DNA from: Croceitalea vernalis
Lineage (GTDB): Bacteria > Bacteroidota > Bacteroidia > Flavobacteriales > Flavobacteriaceae
Length of the DNA: 64,000 bases
Reading direction: 5' to 3'
NCBI RefSeq assembly: GCF_031846405.1
Contig: NZ_JAVRHU010000001.1
Coordinates: 235,160 to 299,159, forward strand
Shown: positions 29,189 to 39,254 of the stretch, in pieces
Layout: each line of letters begins with the position of its first letter
Numbering within the stretch: the stretch's first letter is position 1
Translations under genes and position numbers: made by a program
The notes under the pieces: generated by a model
The model's database searches: none
What the model was told of the DNA's origin: nothing
What the model saw: only the letters and a program-made list of their open reading frames with translations

Positions 29189-30055
29189 TTACGCTTTTAC
29201 AATATCATCAGTATTTTTTATGGCCCTCTCATTCTTCCAATCAATCCATTTTTGACCCTTAACCCTTCTCATAATATTGTCAAAATAACGCATCACCAAA
29301 AGATTATAAACTGCCTTTATGATATTTCTTGGCTTTCGTGCAATAGCCCTTAAACTCATTGAAAAACCTGGAGTAATATATTTCATATGATGCCAATACC
29401 CTTCAGGTATGTAAAGAACGTTACCGTGTTTTAATTGAGTAGTAAAACCTTTAGCATGTTTTAAAGCTGGCCATTTATTAAAATCAGGTTTTGAAAAATC
29501 AATATCCTCTCTTACAATTAAAGAATGTGGCACCTTATATAGAAATTTAGTTTCAGACTGGGAGTAAAGAATGCACTCTTTTTCACCTTCAAAATGGAAG
29601 TGAAAAATATTCGCCAAATCAATGTCGTAATGCATAAAAGTATGAGACCCCTTACCACCAAAAAAGAGCATAGGTAAGCCCTTCATTAAACTTAGTCCAA
29701 AATCAGGATAATTATAATCTTTTTGAAGTTGAGGCAACTCTTTTAAAGCATTCCATAAAAAAATTCGAAACTTAGTGGGTTTACTTTTTAAAAGATCAAC
29801 ATAATCAGCCATTTTCATGGTAGCATGAGGCTCATTAAAGCCTTCATCATGTGCAACTGGGCGATCATCATAAAGAGGAACTTGCTTATCACCAGCAATC
29901 TCTTTCATATAATCTAAACTCCATTTAGAATATGCAGGCCAGTCTTTTATAAATTGTTCTATAACCACAGGTCTCTGTGGCTTAAAATAATCTTTTAAAA
30001 ACGCTTCTTTAGTAAGCGTTTTAACGCGTGGTATTTGTTCTAGGTTAAGTCCCAA
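29189..30055 (-). CDS. JmjC/cupin-8 Fe(II)/2-oxoglutarate oxygenase-like protein
   Basis: HxD...H triad: HYD in FMHYDIDL, and a later HH in YWHHMKY. Confidence 0.65.
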   Translation of the reverse strand: MGLNLEQIPRVKTLTKEAFLKDYFKPQRPVVIEQFIKDWPAYSKWSLDYMKEIAGDKQVPLYDDRPVAHDEGFNEPHATMKMADYVDLLKSKPTKFRIFLWNALKELPQLQKDYNYPDFGLSLMKGLPMLFFGGKGSHTFMHYDIDLANIFHFHFEGEKECILYSQSETKFLYKVPHSLIVREDIDFSKPDFNKWPALKHAKGFTTQLKHGNVLYIPEGYWHHMKYITPGFSMSLRAIARKPRNIIKAVYNLLVMRYFDNIMRRVKGQKWIDWKNERAIKNTDDIVKA

Positions 30056-30125
30056 ATTTTAAAAATTTAGAAAAACTAAGGTAGTAAACGAATTATAATT
30101 GGGGAATAATCACAAATTCTTCTAC

Positions 30126-31211
30126 TTATTTAGCGTTTTGCTTGGCTAATTCGTTACGTTCAATTTTATGACCTGGACGAGACCATTTTGGCTTTTCACC
30201 TAAAGGCTGGTATTGAGAATCTTTAGCCTCTATAGTTTCTGGTTGGGATACCTTTGTGAAAGGCTTTTGTGTGTTTAAACCTAATAATTTAAACATCTCC
30301 ATATCTTCATTGACATCAGGATTTGGAGTTGTTAGTAATTTATCCCCCGCAAAAATAGAATTAGCACCTGCAAAGAAACACATAGCTTGCCCCTCTCGTG
30401 TCATTTCAGTTCTCCCCGCTGAAAGCCTAACTTGTGTTTCAGGCATTACAATCCTGGTCGTTGCTACCATTCTAATCATATCCCAAATAGCGACAGGCTC
30501 AATATCCTCCATTGGTGTACCCTCAACAGGTACTAAAGCATTAATTGGCACCGATTCAGGTTGCGGACTCAAAGAAGCTAAAGCAACCAACATACCAGCT
30601 CTATCTTCCAATTTTTCACCCATACCAATAATACCTCCACTGCAAACAGTAACATTTGTTTTTCGAACATTTTCAATAGTATCTAAACGGTCTTCAAACG
30701 CACGAGTAGAAATTACATCTTTATAATAATCCTCCGAAGTGTCTAGATTATGGTTGTATGCATATAAGCCTGCTTCCGCTAATCGTTTGGCTTGATTCTC
30801 CGTAATCATTCCTAGAGTGCAACAAACCTCCATATCTAATTTATTGATAGTTCGCACCATCTCAAGAACTTGGTCAAATTCGGGTCCGTCTTTAACGTTA
30901 CGCCAAGCGGCACCCATACAAACTCTAGAGCTACCCGAAGCCTTTGCTCTTAATGCTTGTGCTTTCACATGAGGAACAGTCATCAAGTCATTACCTTCAA
31001 TGTCGGTATGATAACGTGCCGCTTGCGGACAGTACCCACAGTCTTCAGGGCAGCCGCCAGTTTTAATAGAAAGTAAGGTTGAAACCTGAACTGTATTTGG
31101 ATCATGACTTTTTCTATGAACAGTAGCGGCTTCATAAAGCAACTCCATTAACGGTTTATTATAAATGCCAAGAATCTGTTCTTTCGTCCAATCGTGTCTT
31201 ATCTCGCTCAT
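30126..31211 (-). CDS. bioB: biotin synthase
   Basis: Radical-SAM CPEDCGYCPQ. Auxiliary-cluster cysteine residues (CCTLG, VCSGGI). Confidence 0.95.
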   Translation of the reverse strand: MSEIRHDWTKEQILGIYNKPLMELLYEAATVHRKSHDPNTVQVSTLLSIKTGGCPEDCGYCPQAARYHTDIEGNDLMTVPHVKAQALRAKASGSSRVCMGAAWRNVKDGPEFDQVLEMVRTINKLDMEVCCTLGMITENQAKRLAEAGLYAYNHNLDTSEDYYKDVISTRAFEDRLDTIENVRKTNVTVCSGGIIGMGEKLEDRAGMLVALASLSPQPESVPINALVPVEGTPMEDIEPVAIWDMIRMVATTRIVMPETQVRLSAGRTEMTREGQAMCFFAGANSIFAGDKLLTTPNPDVNEDMEMFKLLGLNTQKPFTKVSQPETIEAKDSQYQPLGEKPKWSRPGHKIERNELAKQNAK

Positions 31212-31240
31212 AAGTCAAAAATAGGAAATTCTAAAAAAGA

Positions 31241-31268
31241 AAACCGAAGTTTTCACTTCGGTTTTTTA
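31241..31268. terminator. hairpin AAACCGAAGT-tttc-ACTTCGGTTT flanked by A-run and T-run (bidirectional)
   Basis: Lies between the flotillin stop and the bioB start. On the minus strand the hairpin is followed by a T-rich run (ttctttttt), which ends the flotillin operon. Confidence 0.45.
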
Positions 31269-31285
31269 GTCAAATCAGAACTTGT

Positions 31286-32716
31286 TTATTCTTCTTTTTT
31301 CTTATCAGCTGCAGCCTTTTTTATCTCAGCTTGAACTTCCTCAGAAGTAATGTCCTTACCCTTTAAATATTCAGGTAATTGCATCCCTGCCATATTGAAC
31401 ATTTCTTGTAAAGGAGGAACAGACTTATACATGCCTGAAATAAAATTCGCCGTCGAATTTTTACCGTCTTGGGTCTTAGCTCCTGAATCCCAAACAGTGA
31501 CTTTATCAATTTTAATATTCTTAATTGCTTCCGCCTGAGTTTTAACCAATTCTGGTAGTTTATCTGCTACTAATAACAAAACTGCATCTTTAGGACTATC
31601 GCCAGCAGCCTTCACAATTTTATCAAGACCTTCGGCTTGTTTTGTTAAGACTTCAAAAATACCTTTTGCCTCAGCCTGGGCTTTAAAGAGAATTGCATCT
31701 GCTTCACCTTTTGCTTTTCTACGTATCATTTCTGCTTCTGCCTCAGCATCAATTTCAACCTTCTGTTTATCAATTTCTGCTGGTACAACAATATCAGCCA
31801 TTTGAGAACTACGTTCGCGTTCCGCTCTAGCTAATTCCGCATCTTTTTCCGCGGCGTAAGATTCTTCTAATGCCTTAGCCGCTTGAACTTTTTCTGCAGC
31901 AATTGCCGTTCGCTCTGCTTCCGCTTCTCGTTGCCTACGTAATGAGTCAGAGTTCGCAACGTTAATTTTTGCAATGTTTTCTCCTTCAACGGCTTTTGCA
32001 TTAGCCGCAGCAACTTGAGTACGTTGATCTTGCACTGCATTCGCTTCTCCAATAGAACCATCTCTATTTTTTTCTGCAACTGATTTACGAGCCGCATTAA
32101 TTGCATGCGCTGCTGCCTCTTTACCTAAAGCCTCTATATAGCCTGACTCATCAACAATATCAGTAATATTTACGTTGATTAATTTAAGTCCAACTTTCTT
32201 TAATTCTGACTCAACACTTTGTGAAATATTTGTCAAAAACTTATCTCTATCTGAGTTAATTTCTTCAATATCCATTGATGCAACCACCAAACGTAATTGA
32301 CCGAAAATAATTTCTTTGGCTAAGTCTTGTACCTCTTGCATCCCTAAACCTAAAAGACGTTCGGCTGCATTTTGCATTACTCCGGGCTCGGTAGAAATAC
32401 CAATGGTAAATCGAGACGGAACGTTAACTCTAATATTTTGTCTACTCAATGCATTGGCCAAATCAACTTCAATGGAAATTGGAGTTAAATCTAAAAATTC
32501 ATAATCTTGAATTACAGGCCAAATAAAAGCTGCCCCACCATGAATACATTTCGCTGAATTACCGGTACCTACTTTACCATAAACCACTAAAATTCGGTCA
32601 GATGGACAACGCTTGTATCGTCGTATGAAAGAAATTATTATTATGAAGAAAAAGAGTATAGCAAAACCGATGGCTATTAAAGACGCTCCCCCGCCCAATT
32701 GTAATGGTATAATCAT
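31286..32716 (-). CDS. flotillin/SPFH (band-7) family protein
   Basis: N-terminal TM segment, SPFH domain and a long Ala/Glu-rich coiled coil (AEAERTAIAAEKVQAAKALEE...). Confidence 0.85.
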   Translation of the reverse strand: MIIPLQLGGGASLIAIGFAILFFFIIIISFIRRYKRCPSDRILVVYGKVGTGNSAKCIHGGAAFIWPVIQDYEFLDLTPISIEVDLANALSRQNIRVNVPSRFTIGISTEPGVMQNAAERLLGLGMQEVQDLAKEIIFGQLRLVVASMDIEEINSDRDKFLTNISQSVESELKKVGLKLINVNITDIVDESGYIEALGKEAAAHAINAARKSVAEKNRDGSIGEANAVQDQRTQVAAANAKAVEGENIAKINVANSDSLRRQREAEAERTAIAAEKVQAAKALEESYAAEKDAELARAERERSSQMADIVVPAEIDKQKVEIDAEAEAEMIRRKAKGEADAILFKAQAEAKGIFEVLTKQAEGLDKIVKAAGDSPKDAVLLLVADKLPELVKTQAEAIKNIKIDKVTVWDSGAKTQDGKNSTANFISGMYKSVPPLQEMFNMAGMQLPEYLKGKDITSEEVQAEIKKAAADKKKEE

Positions 32717-32720
32717 ATGT

Positions 32721-33299
32721 TTATTTATTTAAAAGTTGAACAATTAAAATTCCGTTATCAGTTACTTCTTTGACCTTAACTACATTACCTTGTGTTAAAT
32801 CATCTTTTTCATCAGTAAGTGCCTCCAATTCACGAAGTGTTCCTTGTACACTAATACTAACTTTTCCAATACTAGATCTATTCGCACCTATTGTCAAATA
32901 CACTTCACCTATTTGATGTAAAGCGTTCTTAATTTTTAATGTTCCGCTACTTTGAAGCTTAGCCAAGTAATAAAATAACGCAGCCATAGCGGTCATCATG
33001 ATTAACCCACAAATAACTGAAATAAATACTGTTAAACCAGTTGAAAGGCCATTATCTAAACAAGAAATCCCAGACCACCCAAAAATGGTAAAAAAGCCCA
33101 TTAAGTTCTTGAAAGATAAAAACTGAAAACCGATACCTCCATCACCCTCTACTTCGGCATCAACATCACCTCCCATATCATCAGCATCTCCGCCGATTAG
33201 GGTCATAACAATGAGTACAAGGAATATTACGGAAGAAACCAATGCGGTAACCCAGTATATTTTTTCAAAAAGCGTTAAGGCTGTGAACCAGTCTTCCAT
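32721..33299 (-). CDS. NfeD/YqiJ-like membrane protein, flotillin-associated
   Basis: TM helices plus a C-terminal OB-like beta domain. Sits 4 nt upstream of the flotillin gene, the usual nfeD-floT pairing. Confidence 0.5.
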   Translation of the reverse strand: MEDWFTALTLFEKIYWVTALVSSVIFLVLIVMTLIGGDADDMGGDVDAEVEGDGGIGFQFLSFKNLMGFFTIFGWSGISCLDNGLSTGLTVFISVICGLIMMTAMAALFYYLAKLQSSGTLKIKNALHQIGEVYLTIGANRSSIGKVSISVQGTLRELEALTDEKDDLTQGNVVKVKEVTDNGILIVQLLNK

Positions 33300-33362
33300 A
33301 GGTTTTTAAATTTTGGTTAATGAATGAATTAAGATAAGACTTTACCGAGAACTACGGAAGAC

Positions 33363-34601
33363 TTATTTAGAAAGTAAGATTGAAACTGCATTCCCCCCAA
33401 AACCGACTGCATTAACCATTACTCGAGAAATAGTTGATGGCTTATCTTGTATTGGAACAAATGGAACTGGAATAGTTTTTTGATGTAATAGCATTAGAAT
33501 TGCCATTTCAATACTTAGCATTCCTGAAGCACCAAAAGTGTGCCCTACTTTCCATTTATTTGTCGTCAAAAAAGGAGTTTTGTTACAAAACACCTTCTTA
33601 ACAGCATTATATTCTGCCTTATCTCCTTTTACTGTTCCTGGAGAATGCATAACAACAACATCTACATTATCAGCAGATTGACCACCTAAAGCCATGGACA
33701 TACTATCTTGAAAACAATGAGCATCTTTTGATATAGATACATTGTGCTCAAGAGCCTCTGTGGCATAACCAAGACCTATAATTTTTGCTATTGTATTACT
33801 TGAACTACCCTTTTCAAGACAAGCCACTGATGCACCTTCACCCAATACCATAGTGTTCTTTGTTTTTTCTAAATCTAGTGCTCGGCATGGGAAAAAATTC
33901 TCGACCGAGCCTGTTTTATTAGTAGTTGAAAAACTAGAGGGGGATTTTGATTTATAAATTTTTAAAGCTTTCATTTGAGCAATAGTAAAAGCAGTTAATG
34001 GTGCCTCACTACCTCCAACTAAAAATTTATCTGTCATTCCACTTTGAATCCATGCAATGCCATTTAGCATTGCATGTAAGGCCGTAGAACATGTTATGGA
34101 GTGTGAAATATTTGGACCCTTTGTTCCCAAGTCATGAGCAACCCAGGTAGAGATATTACCTAAAGTTGTGGTCGGTGATGTTAAAGTTGAGGTATTATTA
34201 CTTTTCAAAAATTCCTTGTGATAACGCTCAAAGAGTGAAGTTGCCCCTCTTGAAGAGCCTATGTTGACACCAAAATTATCACCGGTTGTCCAACCTGAGG
34301 TTTCAATAGCAAATCTCGAAGTATACATTGCATAAAGCACTGATAAATCAAGATATTTATATTTCGAATCTGAATTTCTTAAAATTTCAATTTCTGAAAC
34401 TAAAGATTCTGGCAATGTGGCTGCGTAAACCTCATCGTTGCCTATCTTAATATTTTCTAAATAATGAGAATTTTTTTGATAAGCTTCCCAAGTTTGTTTG
34501 AGTGAACTTCCTATTGAGGAAATGGAAGATATAGCTGTTATGGAGATAGGCTCTTTCAATTGTCGAATTAATTCAGCAAAAGTAAAAGTTCTTACCTTCA
34601 T
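33363..34601 (-). CDS. beta-ketoacyl-ACP synthase I/II-like condensing enzyme (divergent)
   Basis: Cys-His-His triad in KAS I/II spacing: ITCSTALHAM (Cys), VVMHSPGTVKGDKAE (His), KVGHTFGASG (Lys/His). Confidence 0.75.
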   Translation of the reverse strand: MKVRTFTFAELIRQLKEPISITAISSISSIGSSLKQTWEAYQKNSHYLENIKIGNDEVYAATLPESLVSEIEILRNSDSKYKYLDLSVLYAMYTSRFAIETSGWTTGDNFGVNIGSSRGATSLFERYHKEFLKSNNTSTLTSPTTTLGNISTWVAHDLGTKGPNISHSITCSTALHAMLNGIAWIQSGMTDKFLVGGSEAPLTAFTIAQMKALKIYKSKSPSSFSTTNKTGSVENFFPCRALDLEKTKNTMVLGEGASVACLEKGSSSNTIAKIIGLGYATEALEHNVSISKDAHCFQDSMSMALGGQSADNVDVVVMHSPGTVKGDKAEYNAVKKVFCNKTPFLTTNKWKVGHTFGASGMLSIEMAILMLLHQKTIPVPFVPIQDKPSTISRVMVNAVGFGGNAVSILLSK

Positions 34602-34625
34602 GATTCCAATAAAAGTAAAGAAACC

Positions 34626-35057
34626 ATGAATAATGAGTTAGTACCTCAACCAAATTGGTTGAAAAGAAACTGGAAATGGGCATTACCTTTAGGTGGTTGT
34701 CTAACACTAATCATAGGTTTGGTTGTATTGTTTGGTAGTCTATTTTGGGGTATTACCAATGTCATGGAAGATTCACAACCTTATGAATATGTTTTTGAAC
34801 TTATTAATCAAGACGAGGAACTAATGAATATTTTGGGTTCACCTATTGAAAAAGATGGTGTGATACAAGGTAATATTAATTGGATAAATGGTGACAAAAG
34901 TGCCAAAATGGTCATCCCTATATCTGGGTCAAAAGGAAATGGTAGTTTATTTATAGATGCAAGCGGAAAAGCAGATGAGTGGATTTATCATGAAATACGA
35001 GTTGAAGTTAATGAGCAGGAATTTGATTTTTTAGAATCAACTGATACGGAGTATTAA
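34626..35057 (+). CDS. Coa1/DUF1783-like small membrane-anchored protein
   Basis: Single N-terminal TM helix plus a beta-rich domain. Its 3' end overlaps the 3' end of bioA by 4 nt (convergent). Confidence 0.4.
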   Translation: MNNELVPQPNWLKRNWKWALPLGGCLTLIIGLVVLFGSLFWGITNVMEDSQPYEYVFELINQDEELMNILGSPIEKDGVIQGNINWINGDKSAKMVIPISGSKGNGSLFIDASGKADEWIYHEIRVEVNEQEFDFLESTDTEY

Positions 35058-36343
35058 GAATTTAAAAAATCTGAAATAGATTGATAAATTTTATGCAATT
35101 GGTCATTAGTAATAACGTAAGGGGGCAAAGTATAAATTGTATTTCCAAGAGGTCTCAGATTGACTCCTTTCGCCATAAAATATTTATACATTTCATCTCG
35201 TAATTTACCATAACGATTAGTTTCAACTTTTAAGTCAATTGCTAATACAACACCAAGCGTTCGGGCATTTTCAATTTTCGGATGATTTTCTATTTGTTTT
35301 AAAAACTTTTGATGTTCACCTTCAATATATTTTCTTCGTTCCGTTATATGAGGTGAAACAAGCAAGTCCAGTCCTGCTAGCGCAGCAGCACAACCTAAAG
35401 GGTGTCCGCTATAGGTATGTGCATGAAAGAAACCCTTTGCTGTTTCATTACTTAAGAAAGCATCAAAAATTTGTTGGCTACAGCTTGTTATACTTAAGGG
35501 AAACATTCCGGCCGTAAGTGATTTGCTCAAACAAATAATATCAGGTTTATGTTCTAAATAATCACAGGCAAAATTCTTTCCTGTTTTACCAAAACCAGTC
35601 ATGATCTCATCAGCAATGCAAAGCACATCATGTTCTTGACATTTTTTGATTAGCATATTCAATCCTTTTGCAGAATGGAATTTCATACCGGCAGCGCCTT
35701 GAATTAGTGGTTCAAAAACAAAAGCAGCACAAGAATTTGATTTTAAAATAATATCCAACTTGCCTAATACTTCATCAATCGTTTCGTCTGTTGGTATTGG
35801 TATTCTTTCGACTTTCAATAAAAAATTTTCAAATGGCCCGTTATAAGAAGAAATACCTGATGCACTCATTGCTCCAAAAGTGTCACCATGAAATCCATCT
35901 TCAAATGCAATTAGAGTATCTCTACGTTTTCCTTGATTATGATGAAATTGCAAAGCCATTTTTATACCTGCCTCAATTGCAGTAGAACCATTATCATTAA
36001 AAAATATTTTAGATTGATTATCTGGTAAAATTTGAATCAAACGCTCTGAAAGTTCAATAGCTGGCTTATGAGTAAAACCACTAAACATGACAAAATCTAA
36101 TTCTTGCATTTGCTTATTTAAAGCAGCAGTAATATCCTCATTACAATGACCATACATCGCCGTATACCAAGAGGCTATTCCATCAATATATTGTTTGCCA
36201 TGTTCATCCCAAATTAATGCTCCTTTGGCCTTTGTTATTGCTAATGGAGCAGCCGCAGTCTTATGTTGAGTTAAAGGGTGCCAAATATGTTTTTTATCGC
36301 GAGTAATTAGTTCTTCTTTCTTCATAGGTTTTCTCAAGAGCAA
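35054..36343 (-). CDS. bioA: adenosylmethionine-8-amino-7-oxononanoate aminotransferase
   Basis: Class-III PLP aminotransferase with BioA-type N-terminus (KHIWHP), DNGSTA, and the Schiff-base Lys in ICLSKSLTAG. Confidence 0.9.
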   Translation of the reverse strand: MLLRKPMKKEELITRDKKHIWHPLTQHKTAAAPLAITKAKGALIWDEHGKQYIDGIASWYTAMYGHCNEDITAALNKQMQELDFVMFSGFTHKPAIELSERLIQILPDNQSKIFFNDNGSTAIEAGIKMALQFHHNQGKRRDTLIAFEDGFHGDTFGAMSASGISSYNGPFENFLLKVERIPIPTDETIDEVLGKLDIILKSNSCAAFVFEPLIQGAAGMKFHSAKGLNMLIKKCQEHDVLCIADEIMTGFGKTGKNFACDYLEHKPDIICLSKSLTAGMFPLSITSCSQQIFDAFLSNETAKGFFHAHTYSGHPLGCAAALAGLDLLVSPHITERRKYIEGEHQKFLKQIENHPKIENARTLGVVLAIDLKVETNRYGKLRDEMYKYFMAKGVNLRPLGNTIYTLPPYVITNDQLHKIYQSISDFLNS

Positions 36344-36451
36344 AATACTATAGTTACAAAGATGGGAAAAGAAGCGAGGTATTTCAATTTATTCCAATAC
36401 TTACACTATAAAATCATAACTTATATTTGCACAAATTTCAGCCAAATAATC

Positions 36452-37171
36452 TTGACTATAATTGTTCCTTGTTATAACGAAGCAAATCGATTACCTGTTG
36501 ATAGTTTTTTAACCTTTTTGAAAAACTATCCGGCGTGTAAAATTTGCTTTGTCAATGACGCCTCTTCTGATAATACGGGAATAATTTTAAATGGCATAAA
36601 AGAGAATTTTGTAGAAAGAATTACCGTATTAACCAATGTCAAGAATCAAGGAAAAGCAGAATCAGTTAGAACGGGCGTATTGCATATTCTTAATAGTGAA
36701 AATGCTATTGCATATTTAGATGCTGATTTAGCTACCTCTCTTGAAGAGTGCTATTCTTATTTTTCATTTTTAGAAAATGATAAACGTTTTGTTTTTGCAT
36801 CAAGAATTTTGAAAATTGGTTCCGTGGTAGATCGAAAGTTTTCAAGATTTTTAGCGGGTCGAATTATAGCAACTTTTATTTCGAGTATTCTTGATATCAA
36901 AGTTTACGATACCCAATGCGGGTGCAAAGTTTTTGATTCTGAAGTTGCAAAAATTGCTTTTAAAGACCCTTTTATTTCTAAATGGTTATTTGATGTTGAA
37001 ATTTTCAGCCGACTGTTAAAATATTATGGAAAATCAGATGCTTTAGACTTTATGGAAGAAGTGCCGGTCAAAAGATGGGTAGATCAAGGAGAATCAAAAG
37101 TAAAAGTGACCTATTTTTTTAAACTTTGGTTTGATCTTTTAAAAATTTGGAGATTTCATAGAACATCATAG
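36452..37171 (+). CDS. GT2 polyprenol-phosphate sugar synthase-like glycosyltransferase (DPM1/ArnC/GtrB-type)
   Basis: LTIIVPCYNEA...NDASSDNT...YLDADL DXD-type motifs. Probable TTG start at 36452; the track's ATG at 36362 would add 30 residues with no homology across the divergent bioA promoter. Confidence 0.7.
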   Translation: MTIIVPCYNEANRLPVDSFLTFLKNYPACKICFVNDASSDNTGIILNGIKENFVERITVLTNVKNQGKAESVRTGVLHILNSENAIAYLDADLATSLEECYSYFSFLENDKRFVFASRILKIGSVVDRKFSRFLAGRIIATFISSILDIKVYDTQCGCKVFDSEVAKIAFKDPFISKWLFDVEIFSRLLKYYGKSDALDFMEEVPVKRWVDQGESKVKVTYFFKLWFDLLKIWRFHRTS

Positions 37172-37175
37172 TTAT

Positions 37176-38654
37176 ATGCCAATTCATAATTCTATTTCAA
37201 ATTTATCAGAAAAGGCAATTTTTGCCATCCTATTTCTATATTGTCTATTCATTCGTTTGCCATTCTTCTTTAGAGACTATATTGATAGAGACGAAAGTTC
37301 TTTCATATTAATGGGTCAATCTTGGGTAGATGGATATCTTCCCTTTACAGAATTATGGGATATAAAACCTCCTTTAATCTTTTTCTTCTTTGGCTCCATT
37401 ATTTATTTTTTTGGGAAAAGTTTTATTGCAATTAGACTAATTGGTGTTTTATTAGTTACCACTTCTTCATTTTTTACCTACAAATTGGCCAAAGAAGAAG
37501 CATCAAAGTCTATAGCTTTAATCACAGCAGTGCTATGTATAATTCTTCAAAGTTTATTTGGTAGTTTACAAGGAATTATGTCAGAACATATTGCAATGGC
37601 ATTCATGACACCAGCAATATGGTTAATGGTAACAACTAAAAACTCGATTTATAAATGGATAGGAATAGGCATTTTAGTTGGATGTGCCTTAATGATAAAA
37701 CTAAACCTTGCCTACGTTGCCCTCATTTTAGGTTTAATTATCATTTGGACTTCCTACAAAAATGAAAAATCAATATTATCAATTTTAAATCCCATTTTAT
37801 ATGGCTTAGGTGCTCTTGTAATAATTGTGATTTGTTTTTTACCTTATTACAAAGATGATTTGTCTATGCTTTGGTGGAAATCTGTTGTTGAAGCACCGTT
37901 GGCTTATGCGGGTGCTAGAAATGATTCATTCATAAAACTCTTAGCGTATTTATCACCCTTTATTTTATTAATATGGTATTCATGGAAAAGAGGATTATTA
38001 AATTTTAAAAACCATAATACGCTATTTATTATTGGTTCAATTTTTGGAACGCTATTGGCTTTTATTAAAGGAGGAAGAGTGAATGGCCATTATCTAATCT
38101 TAATTTACCCAACGATTTTGGCATTTATAGCAATATTAATTAAGAAAAAATATTCTTTAAGACTTAAAAAATTCATTCCATTTATTAGTCTATTTCTTTT
38201 TTTAATTCCAGTGGAAAGCTATTTAGAATATTACAATATTATCAAACATAAAATAGAAAGAGGTTCTGTATTTAATGGCGAAGGCATAACTGTTCCAAAA
38301 TACTTTAAGGATTATGGGATTAATTCTTCAAACATATATTTTGCTGAGTATCACATTGGATATTGGTTAATGAATGCAAAACCGGTTACCAAGAGTGCAA
38401 CCCAACCTAGCAATATTTTAAAAGATGAAATGTTTTTTGCTTATGAAAATCCAAGGGCAACTGGTGAAAAAGAATTACAATTTATAATCGAACAAAAATC
38501 TCCTAGTCATATTGTTACAAGAAAAAATCGACGTGTTTTTGATAAAAAGGAATACAAAGCAAACTTCTATATTAATTTACAGCTATTAAAACTTTATAAA
38601 CCATTAGATACTGTCGATAATGCTATTATCTATGAAAGGTTAAAACTTAAGTAG
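37176..38654 (+). CDS. GT-C membrane glycosyltransferase (GT39/GT83, ArnT/PMT-like)
   Basis: About 12 TM helices. N-terminal loop with a conserved DE pair (YIDRDESSFILMGQ), as in the ArnT/PMT families. Follows the GT2 gene after 4 nt. Confidence 0.6.
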   Translation: MPIHNSISNLSEKAIFAILFLYCLFIRLPFFFRDYIDRDESSFILMGQSWVDGYLPFTELWDIKPPLIFFFFGSIIYFFGKSFIAIRLIGVLLVTTSSFFTYKLAKEEASKSIALITAVLCIILQSLFGSLQGIMSEHIAMAFMTPAIWLMVTTKNSIYKWIGIGILVGCALMIKLNLAYVALILGLIIIWTSYKNEKSILSILNPILYGLGALVIIVICFLPYYKDDLSMLWWKSVVEAPLAYAGARNDSFIKLLAYLSPFILLIWYSWKRGLLNFKNHNTLFIIGSIFGTLLAFIKGGRVNGHYLILIYPTILAFIAILIKKKYSLRLKKFIPFISLFLFLIPVESYLEYYNIIKHKIERGSVFNGEGITVPKYFKDYGINSSNIYFAEYHIGYWLMNAKPVTKSATQPSNILKDEMFFAYENPRATGEKELQFIIEQKSPSHIVTRKNRRVFDKKEYKANFYINLQLLKLYKPLDTVDNAIIYERLKLK

Positions 38655-39254
38655 AGAAGGTCTTAATAAAGCAGAATGTTTTTCTATAACTGCTTGATTA
38701 ATATTTTTTTCTTCATTAATTCTACCTAAAAAAGTGGCTTGAGTCTTCTTTAAAATAATATTTTCTGTTGTAGTATGTTCATCTCCACTAAAGATTATTC
38801 CAGGTTGATAACCCTTATTTTGTAATGCGTTTATGGTCAATAAACTATGATTGATACTACCTAAATAGTGTCTTGAAACTACAATTACCTTATAGTCCGG
38901 TTTAATCAAATCTAAAATAGTATCATCATCATTTATTGGAACTAACAACCCACCAGCGCCTTCAATTACCAAATGGTTATCTGTCTCAGGTTCCACTATT
39001 TGCTTTAAATAAATTTGAACACCATCAATTTCAGCTGCCGCATGAGGACTCATAGGAGTTTTTAATGCATAACTATTTTGATGAAAGACAGATTTTTTAT
39101 TTGAAATTAAAGCTTTGACCTTATGCGTATCCGAATTGTCTAAATCACCTGCTTGTATGGGCTTCCAATAATCTGCTTCTAAAGCTTCTGTTACAATTGC
39201 AGAGGCAATTGTTTTTCCCACCTCAGTAGATATCCCTGTAATAAAGAATTTCAT
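38640..39254 (-). CDS. bioD: dethiobiotin synthetase
   Basis: P-loop GISTEVGKT and BioD-type EGAGG motif. Confidence 0.85.
   Translation of the reverse strand: MKFFITGISTEVGKTIASAIVTEALEADYWKPIQAGDLDNSDTHKVKALISNKKSVFHQNSYALKTPMSPHAAAEIDGVQIYLKQIVEPETDNHLVIEGAGGLLVPINDDDTILDLIKPDYKVIVVSRHYLGSINHSLLTINALQNKGYQPGIIFSGDEHTTTENIILKKTQATFLGRINEEKNINQAVIEKHSALLRPSLLKF

Noticed and set aside
36362-36451. ORF-track ATG start at 36362 for the GT2 gene
   Set aside because: The 30 extra N-terminal residues (MGKEARYFNLFQYLHYKIITYICTNFSQII) have no similarity to GT2 N-termini and would begin 18 bp from the divergent bioA start codon. A TTG at 36452 gives the canonical M-T-I-I-V-P-C-Y-N-E start, so the shorter model is preferred.
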